Assembly: GCF_030028105.1 (NCBI RefSeq)
Contig: NC_092375.1
Coordinates: 22,295,130 to 22,359,129, forward strand
Source: Mobula birostris
Lineage: Eukaryota
DNA: 64,000 nt
Reading direction: 5' to 3'
The notes under the pieces are model-generated. The model worked only from the letters and a program-made list of their open reading frames with translations, searched no databases and was not told the origin of the DNA. Position numbers and translations under genes: made by a program. Below are positions 28,197-40,100 of the stretch, in pieces; position 1 is the first letter of the stretch; every line of letters begins with the position of its first letter.

Positions 28197-31100
28197 GTGG
28201 AAATATAACAACTAAGCTTCTTCAAGTCTAGGGGTAAATGGATACAGTCTTACGATGATGAGTAAAGTTCAGTTCAGTTCGTGGTATTGAGTTGAGTAGT
28301 GATGGAGAGAGAGAGGTGTTTGGTTCTTCAGGTGAGCTGATGTCGTCGATCTTCCCATTGTCCTCTGAAACTTCCAAGTTTGCCAAACTTGACCAACTTA
28401 AGAGCGCCATCTTGGAGTGATAGTCTACCAACCCAGGCGAGGGTTAGACACACTAGTAGAGTCCACAGGGTCGCTCTTTCATGCACTAATAAGCACAGAT
28501 AGATCCCTCGTAATCGATCCACAGCCCCACACTCGCGGGCACCTAAACAGGATAGTGGTAACTTCACCACACCCTAGTGCGTCTGCGTGTCCCATGTCCT
28601 GTGAAATAAGCAATTACGCTGATTTAAATACTGTTGTGCTGAACACCAGCTGTCAATCAAGTAGCTCCTCCCTTCTCTCTCTGTAAGAACTTAGAAGCTG
28701 CCAGTGTCCTTGCAGAAGTGTAAACATGCTGCAGAGAAACTATAACACCATCTCCAAGCAGTCTTTGCCTCTCTCTCTCTTAATAAGGAGGTGTCTGTGT
28801 TGGACACCTCTCTCTCTCTATCTTTTCAAAAAGCACAGTTCATAGGGGTAATTGTGGACCCCATCACAATAGAATGAGTCCAGACCCACAGTCTCAAATT
28901 TATATTTCAAAGCCGAGTTACACTGAATTTCAATTAGTTCCATTTGGAATTTCTCCAGCACATCTGATGCTGCGTTGACGGCAAATAGCAAGCAAAATAG
29001 TGAGAATTCCTTCTCGAGCTGAAGACTTGGAAACGATTCTGAAACTCACTTTTCAGCCGTGATACTTTGTCCTTGTACCTGTCCATGTTGTCATTATTCC
29101 CATGAGCGACATGTACAGACTGCAAAGAGGGGAAATGAGCTGGGTTGCTACGGGATAGTTGCATCTCCCACAGGCCTAATTTAACTTGAAAGGCACGAAT
29201 GTTGTTATAGTATTTCGTAACAAGTTTATTGTGGCCTTGCATGTTAACATTAAGCACATTTAAGTGCTCTGTTATATCCACCAGAAATGCAAGATCATGA
29301 AGCCAGTCTGGGTCATCCAACTCTGCCACTGGCTTCCCTTTCTCGTTCATGAGTAGTCCAATTTCCGCACGTGGTTGAAAAAAACGTTTGAGCTCAACCC
29401 CTCTGCTCAACCAGCGGACTTCAGTGTGGTAGGGTAGGCTGTGTCCAATATTACTTTCGGACAAAAGAGTGTCAAATTGCCGATGGCTGAGTCCCTTGGC
29501 TCCAATAAAATTAACCGTTTTGATTACTAGATCCATGACATTGTCTATTTTCCGGCTTCTGCTACATAACACCTCTTGGTGTATAATATAATGAAAATTA
29601 CAGAATTCCTGCTCTGCAGTCTCTGTCTGAACTTTCTCTCTGAGTTTCGCAACAACACTTGTCTTTTTCCTCGACCATGGACGGTGCGCCATCTGACAGC
29701 GTGACTCCAGTCAACCCCCAGTCCGTCCAAGGCCTCGACGATGCTGGAGAAAATGTTGTTCACCATTGTGGTGTTTGTCATGGGCACCATCTCCACAAAC
29801 TCCTCAGTGACGGTCAAAGATGCATCAACACCACGAATAAATATTCCCAATTGAGTTACATCAGTCACGTTGGTGCTCTCATCAATTGCAATATGGAAGG
29901 CAATAAATGACTTCACTTTGCTTTTAGTTGACTGTTCAAATCTCCTGCAAGGTCCTCGATTCTCTCTGCCACAGTATTTCTTGACAAGCTAAAATTACCA
30001 AAAGCCTGTCTCTTCTCAGGGCACCCCAGCTCAGCCGCCGTCAGCATGCATGCTTTGATGAATTCCCTCTCTGAGTATGGCTTCGACGCAGCAGCTACTT
30101 TGGTGGCAATAATATAGCTGGCCTTGACAGCTCCATCATGAGCCTCTTGACTTTTGGTGAACACTGATTGCTGTTTTTTCAGAGCTGCTTCAAGCTCGTT
30201 TACCTTTTGCGTTCTGAGTCGTCCTGCGTACTTGTCATATTTTTCTCTGTGTGACGTCTCATAGTGTCGTTTGATATTGTATACTTTTGCCACAGCCACT
30301 TGTTGTGAGCATATCAGACACACAGGTTTGCAGTTGACCTCACAGAAGAAAAACGATCTTTCTAATTATCGTTGAATATCTCACATTCGATGTCAACCTT
30401 TCTTTTCCTGGAAAGCATTTTGAACCACAGCAGCAAACAGTCTCAGCCTTGCTACAGGTGTTACTTACCTGAGTACTCTGTATGGTTATACTGTGTCTGA
30501 CGACGTAAGTGGAGCCCTAGTGGTCTTCAGTGCGGGGTGGTAAGTGATCATGCACAGCGGGTGGTTACCTGCTGCCTATTGTTTTCTAAGTACAGACAAC
30601 AAGCTGCCAGTGCAGCAGGCGGTACAGACAGCGATGGGAGAGAGTGCGACTGCCGTGCAGATACATAACAAATGGTCGTGAGTATACTTTTTTCCCCCTC
30701 TAATCATCCCGCGGGCCGGATTGGACCCCTTCGCGGGCCGGATTGGACCCCTTCACGGGCCAGTAGTTTGACACCCCTGGTTTAGACTCCCCCTAACTTT
30801 GCTTATGCCATAGACTAATACCATTAAGCAAGAGGTCTCTGGACCTCAGGTTAGGAACCCTTTGTTTAGAGGGATATGAGGTAAGTGGGACTAGCTTAGA
30901 TGGGAATCTTGGTAGGCATGGATCAGTTGGGCCGAAGGTCCTATTTTCTTGCAGCATGACTCTATAACTCTGAGTATGGTGCCTTGAGCACCCTTGAATT
31001 TAATAGCTTCAGCACTGCTGGTCATGTCTTCATGGAAAGGGAATTGCTTCAGGAAAACTCCCAAAATTCCTGCCTCTGTTATTCCTAAACTCAGCTTTTG

Positions 31101-34100
31101 GTCATCTTCCAAAAGATTCCCTTGTGCTTCAAAGTGGTGCTATTTAAAATTGATAACAGTCCTATGAAATGTCTTGGAATATTTTCATTATAGGAAAGGT
31201 GCTATACAAATGGAAGTACCAGTTCTTATAAAAGTTACTAATTTACTGAGATATATTACCAGCAAGATCTGCATATGGTCCCCCTTCCAAGGTAAATGGT
31301 AAGGCACTGAGGAGTGCAGTAGAACAGAGGGATCTGGGAATACAGATACAAAATTCCCTAAAAGTGTCGTCACAGGTAGATAGGGTCGTAAAGAGAGCTT
31401 TTGGTACATTGGCCTTTATAAATCAAAGTATTGAGTATAAGAGTTGGAATGTTATGGTGAGGTTTTAAAAGGCATTGGTGAGGCAGAATCTGGAATATTA
31501 TGTGCAGTTTTGGTCACCAAATTACAGAAAGGGTGTTAATAAGGTTGAAAGAGTGCAGAGAAGGTTTACAAGTATGTTGCCGGGACTTGAGAAACTGAGT
31601 TACAGAGAAAGGTTAGGACTTTATTCCCTGGAGCATAGAAGAATGAGGGGAGATTTGATAGAGGTATATAAAATTATGATGGGTCTAGATATAGTGAATG
31701 TAAGCAGGCTTTTTCCACTGAGGCAAGGGGAGAAAAAAACTAGAGGACATGGGTTAAGGGTGAAGGGGGAAAAGTTTAAAGGGAACATTGGTGGGGGGGG
31801 GGTTCTTCACACAGAGAGCGGTGGGAGTGTGGAATGAGCTGCCAGATAAAGTGGTAAATGCGGGCTCACTTTTAAAATTTAAGAAAAACTTGGACAGGTA
31901 CATGGATGAAAGGTGTATGGAGGGATATGGTCCAGGTGCAGTTCAGTGGGACTAGGCAGAAAAATGGTTCAGCACAGCCAAGAAGGGCCAAAAGGCCTGT
32001 TTCTGTGCTGTAATGTTCTATGGTTCCTAAATAAAACACAGAAACATAGAAAACCTACAGCACAATACAGGCCCTTCGGCCCACAAAATGGTGCTGAACA
32101 TGTCCCTACCTTAGAAATTACTAGCCTTACCTATAGCCCTCTATTTTTCTAATCTCCATGTACCTATCCAAAAGTCTCTTAAAAGACCCTGTCGTATCTG
32201 CCTCCACCACTGTTGCTGGCAGCCCATTCCACGCATTCATCACTCTCTGAGTAAAAAACTTACCCCTGACATCTCCTCTGTACCTGCTCCCCAGCACCAT
32301 AAACCTGTGTCCTCTTGTGGCAACCATTTCACCCTTGGGAAAAAAGCCTCTGACTATCCACACAATCAATGCCTCTCATCATCTTATACACCTCTGTCAG
32401 GTCACCTCTCATCCTCCGTCACTCCAAGGAGAAAAGGCCGAGTTCACTCAACCTATTCTCATAAGGCATGTTCCCCAATCCAGGCAACATTCTTGTAAAT
32501 CTCCTCTGCACCCTTTCTATGGCTTCCACATCCTTCCTGTAGTGAGGCGACCAGAACTGACTACAGTACTCCAAGTGGGGTCTGACCAGGGTCCTATATA
32601 GCTGCAACATTACCTCTTGGCTCCTAAATTCAATTCCACGATTGATGAAGGCTAATACACCGTATGCCTTCTTAACCACAGAGTCAACCCGCGCAGCTGC
32701 TTTGAGCGTCCTATGGACTCAGACCCCAAGATCCCTCTGATCCTCCACACCGCCAAGAGTCTTACTATTAATACTATATTCTGCCATCATGTTTGACCTA
32801 CCAAAATGAACCACCTCACATTTACCTGGGTTGAACTCCATCAGAATGCACTGAGTGGATTGCTCAAGGCTGGCATTATTTGTCATATGTACTTCGAAAC
32901 ACACAGTGATATGTGTTTGCATCAAATCAAATCAGGGAGGACTGTGCTGAGCAGTTCATAAATGTTACTACGCTTCTGGTGCCAACATAATATGCCCACA
33001 ATTCACTAATCCTAACCGTGTGTATTTGGACTGTGGGAGGCAACCAGAGTAACAGGAGGAAACACACATGGTCACGGGCTGAACGTATAAACTCCTTACA
33101 AACAGAAGCAGGAATTGAACCTGATCTTACATCAGGGGCTATAAAGCAATTGTGCTAACCGTTACTCTACCATGTGGTTATATACCTCCTGGCTGGCCAC
33201 TTTAAGGGGTACTGAAGAGTGGGTCTAAAATCTCCCAACCTGGGTCCACAGCCCCTTTGCTGAACGGTATTGGACAGTAGCATAAAAAGGTTGAGAATTC
33301 CTGGTCTAGAGACTCATATGGACCAGACTAGATGAGGAAAAGCAGATCTTCATCCCTCATATGGGGCTTGCTTAGACGGCCGTCTTGGTCAGCATGGATG
33401 AGATGGGCAGAAGGGCCTTTTTCATGCTGTATTGTTCTGTGAGTCTATAAGGATGGCAACTAGTTTTCTCATCATGCCTTTTAATTCCATATTTAATATC
33501 TAAATTTAAATTCCCCAGCTCCCAGGATGGGATTTGAACTCATGTCCACAGGTCAGTCATTCCCGGCTTTAAGAATGAGTATAGTAACTTAATCCAGTAT
33601 TAATCTGTGATGCTCAATTTGCTGCATTTGTTCTAAATCCTAACATTCTTTGATGTATGTGTTCTATTGCAGTACACCCTCCACTACAAACTGAAAGCGA
33701 ACACAACTAGAAATATTTATTATTATTGAGATACGGTGCAGAATAGGCCCTTCAGCCCTTCGAGCCGCACCACCCAGCAATCTCCCAAATTAATCCCAGT
33801 GGCAGGAACTGAACCTGGGTCACTGCTACTGCGAAGTGTTGTGCTAGCTACTACGCTGCCGTGCCACTCCTAGTAATAACTAACTAGTAATACCTGCCAC
33901 CCCTGATAATAAAAAGCCATTAATAGCTCAGTTCTTCAGTTTAACTTGTATCCAACAACGATAGCTACTTGGAACAGTGCGATTATTGCCATGGAAGGAA
34001 AAAGGGCAAATAATTTCCACGAGAGGAGAAGCTAAATAGTCCGCTAATACCTTTTACTGGCTTGTTAACCCAGAGAGGAATATTGCTCAGAAGTTTTGGG

Positions 34101-37100
34101 AGATCTCTTGGTTCCCGTATGAATAGCGTTATGGAATGTTTTGTGCCCAGTCGATGAACGAACCAAGTGGAACAGCCTCCTCACATCAGTTGTTTAATTG
34201 TTCACCACCGTCTGTGGGTGGATATGGCAGAGCTGCAGGGCTCTGACCTGATCTGTCAGCTGCTCCAGGCAATCATGTAGAAAATAAAATACTTTGGGTG
34301 AGAAAGAATATGAAGGTTAGGAATTAGATGAAGCAACTTGAGAGAAAACTTCTGTGCAGTATAAATCCCACCACAAGATGGCTATTAATACAGTGTAAAT
34401 TTATTCTCAGTGGCCACATTAGTACTTGTACACCTGCTCGTTAATGCAATCATGTGGCAGTATCTCAATGCATAAAAGCATGTGGGCATGGTCACGAGGT
34501 TCAGTTACATAAGAGATTCTGCAGATGCTGAAAATCCAGAGTAAAACATACTCAGCAGGTTGGACAGCATCAATGGAGAGGAATAAACAGTTTATGTTTT
34601 AAGCAGAGACCCTTCATCAGTTGTTCAGACCAAATGTCAGAATGGGGAAGAAATATAATGTAAGTGACTTTGACCATGGAATAATCATCGGCAGCAGGCT
34701 GGTTTGAGTATCTCAGAAACTGCTGATCTCCTGGGATTTTCATGCACAACAGTCTCTAGAGTTTACAAAGTCTAGAGTTCTGTGTATGTAAGTGCCTTGT
34801 TAATGTGAGAGGTCAGAGGAGAATGTCTAGACTGGTTCAAGCTAACAGGAAGACAACTAACCTAAATAACCACGTGTTACAACAGTAGTGTGCAGAAGAG
34901 CATCTCTGAACGCACAACATGTCAAATCTTGAAGTACCTAATAAAGTGGTCATCAACTATGTATAATCATTTAGATGGATAAATTATGAATTGAACCATG
35001 TTTTTCACCTATCTGGAATGTATAAAACTTATAAAATATTTTGATTCACCAGCTCCTTCACACTTAAGCTGTGATTTTGTACTGGTGCCATCTGCTTTCT
35101 TCCAGCTCTGAGAAAACAACAATCTTTTCCCTCACTCCCTGCCGCTCAGAAATCCACATCTACTTTTTCCAACCAAAATCCTTCACCTAGGTAGTGGCAG
35201 CATTTAGCTATTTAATAATTTCATTTTGTATTTATCATTCAAGGAAAATGTCAATGAAGCAACCCTTTGAGACGACTGCAGATGGTGTGGAAAACATGGG
35301 AATGTCAACTGAAAGTGTAAATGATTCGCAGTATCCTTCAGGTAAGCACTCATGGGATGTTACATTCACAGGTGAAAAACTGTTCCTCCCTCCTTCTCCT
35401 GCTGCCTCCAACCTTGATTTGGAGTCCTAATTTGATACTTCCAATATATTGCATGACACAGTCCAGTCAATGGTTGCCATGGCAACATCATTTAAAGAAG
35501 TGGAAAACACAAAATGGTGCCTACTTCTAACCTCAGCAGGAGTGGAAACTGGAAGGAGAGTCATGAATTATGTTAAGTGATTCCATTTGCATTCAGGTAA
35601 ATAAGAGAGTAATCCTACAGTTACTAATTTAGTAAATTTTTCAAAAAGTTAGAAGACGTTTAACTAACTGGAATTCAGAAGAATGAGGGGTGACCTCATC
35701 AAAACTTTTCGAATGGAGAATGGCCCTGACAGAGTGGATGTGGAGAGGATGCTTCCTTTGGTGAGAGATTCTGAGACCAAAGGGCATAACGTCAGAATAG
35801 AGGGGTGTCCTTTTAGAATGGAGATGAGGAGGGATTTCTTTAGCTAGAGGGTGGTGAATCTGTGGAATCTGTTGCCACAGGCAGCTGTGGAGGCCAAGTC
35901 TGTATGGCAGAGGCTGATAGATTCTTGATTGGTCAGGGCATGAAGGGATATGGGGAGAAGGCAGGATATTGAGGCTGAGAGGAAAAATGGATCAGCCATG
36001 ATGAAATGGTGGTGCAGACTCGATGGACCAAATAGTCTAATTCTGCTGCTATATTGTATGGTCTTATGATCTAAAAGAATGAGAGAAAAATGCATTAAGA
36101 GAAACAGATTCATTACAAAACCAAGGAAGTTTTAACAAAACTAGCACCAGCCTACCTACCATCAAGGACATACAGTTAGTTACTGCCTGTTACATCATTG
36201 TTGTGTAGGGCAGCTTTTATGCTGTTTCTGTAACCATTTTTTTTAACCAGTCAGGGTTGTTAGCCCTGAGCTGAGCCTGGAGGGCCAGTGGACCACTCTT
36301 AGTTTGACCTCTACCCTATCACGTGGGTGACCCTATCGAGAGTCACAGCACAAGGCCCTGACTCCAGCCAACATAGCTCCCCTGGTCATTGAGGTAGACT
36401 AGCCTCCAAACACTGTGACATGGCTATGGTCCTCTTGGAGGACCAGGGACATCCAGTATATACAGAAAGGTGCTGGTAAAAGGCCAGCAATATCTTGAAG
36501 AATCCTACCCACCCATCTCATGGACTGTTTGTCCCATTCCCATCACAGAAGAGACTATGCAGCATCCATTCCAGGACCACCGGACTCAAAAACAGTTACT
36601 TCCCCTAAGCCACCTGGCTGATCAACAACGCCACCCATTAACCCATCCCACCACCACTGCATTCACATCACCTAGTGTCACTTTATGTGCATACAATCGG
36701 TCTGTGCACTATCAGTGGCCACTTTATTAGGTACCTCCTGCACCTAATAAATTGGCCACTGAATGTATGTTCATGGTCTTCTGCTGCTGTAACCCATCTA
36801 CTTCAAAGTTCAATGTGTTGTTCATTCAGAGATTCACTTTTGCACACCGCTGTTGTAATGTTTGGTTTATTTCAGTTACTGCCGCCTTCCTGTCAGCTAG
36901 AACCAGTCTGGTCATTCTCCTCTGACCTCTCTCATTAAGCTGTTTTCTCCCACAGAACTCGATGTTTTTTTTTGTTGTTTTTTTTTTTGCACCATTCTCT
37001 GTAAACTCGAGACTGTTATGTGTGAAAATCCCAGGAGATGACCAGTTTCTGAGATGCTCAGACACCGAAACCACCTTGTCTGGCACCAACGATCACTCCA

Positions 37101-40100
37101 CGGACAAAGTCACTTGGATCACATTTCTTGCCCATTCTTCTGTTTGGTCTGAACGACAACTGAACCTCTTGATCATGTCTGCCTGCTTTTATACATTGAG
37201 TTGCTGCTACATGATTGGCTGATTAGATATTTGCATTAATGAGCAAGTTTACAGGTGCACCCAATAATGGAGCCACTGAGATTATGTCCGGTGGTCCTGG
37301 AATGGATGCTGCGTAGTCTCTTCTGTGATGGAAGTGGGCTAATCAGTCCATGAGAAGGGTGGGTAGGATTCTTCAAGATATTGCTGGCCTTTTATCAGCA
37401 CCTTTCTATTATATACTGGATGAGCTACTCATACATTGCTTTTATATTTATATTTATTGTTCTTTTTTATTGTGTTCTTTATATATTTTTTATGCTGCTT
37501 TGGATCCAGAGTAACAAAGATTTTGTTCTCCTTTACACCCATGTACTAAAGAACGACGATGGATCTTGAATTTAAACCTTCCTTCTAAACAAAACCAAAA
37601 CTGAATGCAGTGCTATAAGTGCAACTGAATAAAACTTTGGCTAGGCTGCATTTGGAGTACTGTGTTCGTTTCTGGTTGCCACAGTACAGGAAGGTTGTTG
37701 AGGACTTGGCAAGGGGGCAGAGTGCTTCACCGGGTTATTGGTTGCATTAGAGGGTGTTAGGTCGAAGGAGAAGTTGGACGGAGTTGGATTGTTCTTGCTG
37801 CAGTGTCGGTGGCTGAAGGGAGACCTGACAGAAGCTTATAAAATTATGAGAGGCAAAGGTAGGGTGGACAGTCAGAGTCACTTTCTCAGGGCAGGAACAT
37901 CAAATACTGGAGATCATAGATGTAAAGTGGGGGTGGTGGGAGGGGACTAGTTGAAAGGAGATATCAAGGACAAGGGTTTTTATACCAAGAGTGGTAAGCA
38001 CCTGGAATGTGCAGATGGAGGTGGTGGTAGAATCAGACATGGAAGTGGCATTTAGAGAGACACATGCACACGGAGAGATTGGGGAGATATAGATTCTGTG
38101 CAGGCCGATAGGAGTAGATTTACTTAACGTTATAGAACAAAGAACATAGAAGAGACACTTTGCCCCACAAGGTTGTGCCGACCTTAAACCTAATCTAAGA
38201 TCAACATAACTCTTCCCTCCTACGTAGCCCTCCATTTTGTTCAGCACAGATATCGTGGACCGAAGGGCCCACTCCTGCTCTGCATTGTTCTATGTTCTCT
38301 GCTAAGCTACAACTCAGTCTTCCTTTGGAACTCTGCACGTTACATTTAAGGTAGAAAGTGTGTGAAGACATTAACTAAAATGGTGTCAAAGGCGAGGGTC
38401 TTCATTTGCTTGGAAACATTAGGGATTCAATTTAAAGGGCTCAATATTGTTACTTTGAGTAAGTAAGTCAAGTCAAGTTTACTGTCATTTAACTGTATAC
38501 ATGTATATAACCATATAACGTATATAGAAATGAGACGACGTTGCTCCAAAGGGTTAATCATTAAAGGACACAGTAATAAGGTCACAAGCTCCAGAAGTGA
38601 GATAAGAAGTAGTTACTTGTTATTATTTGGAGTACATTACTGAAAGGGTGAAGATTGTAATGACTTACAAAAGGAGTTGTATAAATATGCAAAGGGGAAG
38701 CATTACAGGAAAGGGTAGGGCTAAATATAAATAGGGCAGGTCAAGAACAAGGTGGAAGAGTAGTTAGGTTATTGTACTAGCAACCAATGACCTGAACAAT
38801 GACCCAGAAACATATTCTTTAACTACAGTCTGGTATTATTAATGAAGAACTCAAACCTACTAGATTATGGTTCGTGAGTTGTGGGCATGGTATGATGGTG
38901 CTGGAAGCAATTCCTAGCTCAAAACTTGCTGATTTCATTTGACACAAACAACGTATTTCACTGTATATTTCCATGTACATGTGACAAGTATGAGGGGCGA
39001 TTGATAAGTTTGTGGCCTAAGGTAGAAGGAGTCAATTTTAGAAAATCTGGCACATTTATTTTTCAACATAGTCCCCTCTTACACGTACACACTTAGTCCA
39101 GCGGTCGTGGAGCATACGGATCCCTTCTGAAGTGGTCCTCAGCAGGGGTGATTGATAAGTTCGTGGCCTAAGGTAGAAGGAAATGAGTTATTAACTTCAA
39201 ATTTTCTGCATTATCACTCAATAAGTTGAACTGCACGTGCATGTAACAAGAGCATCTTGGACCTCCAGGTCCACAGCAGGGGTGATCGATAAGTTCGTGG
39301 CCGAAGGTAGAAGCAGATGAGTTATACAGCTCCCGTTACATGCACGTGCAATTAAACTCTTTGAGTGATTATGCAGAAAGCTTGAAGTTAATAACTCACC
39401 TCCTTCTACCCTAGGCCACGAACTTATCAATCACCCCTGCTGTGGACCACTTTCTGGCGGTCCAAGACGCCAACTTCTACAAAGAAGGGATCCATATGCT
39501 CCACGACTGCTGGACTAAGTGTGTAAATGTAGGAAAAATAAATGTGCTAGGTTTTCTAAAATTGACTCCTTCGACCTTAGGCCGCGAACTTATCAATCAG
39601 CCCTCGTAAAGCTCATCTGATCGCCATCATCATTGTGTGCCGAGTCATTTGACGTGGGTGATCATGGCCGTTGTTGGCAAATATTTCTACAGAAGTGGTT
39701 TCCCATTGCTGCCTCTGGGCAGAGTCTTACAAGACGGGTGACCCCAGCCATTGTTAATACTCTTCAGAGCTGTTTGCCTGGCGTCAGTGGTTGTGTAACC
39801 AGGACTTGTGATATGTGCCACCCACATCCAGGCCGAGCAGGTGCAACATCTTGTTCAAAGGTGACCTACAGGCTAGCAGAGGGAAGGAGCACCATACACC
39901 TCCTTTGATAGAGACGTATCTCCACCCCGCCACTCAACCTTATCTTAGATTGTCATGAAAAGCCTACGGGTCTATTAACATACTTATAGAGAGATCTAAT
40001 CTGGCTTATGTGATTTCAGAACCAGTGGTTACTCAGAACATAGTACAGAATAGCACAGGGACAGGGCCTTTAGCCCACAATATCTGTGCAAAGCATGATG

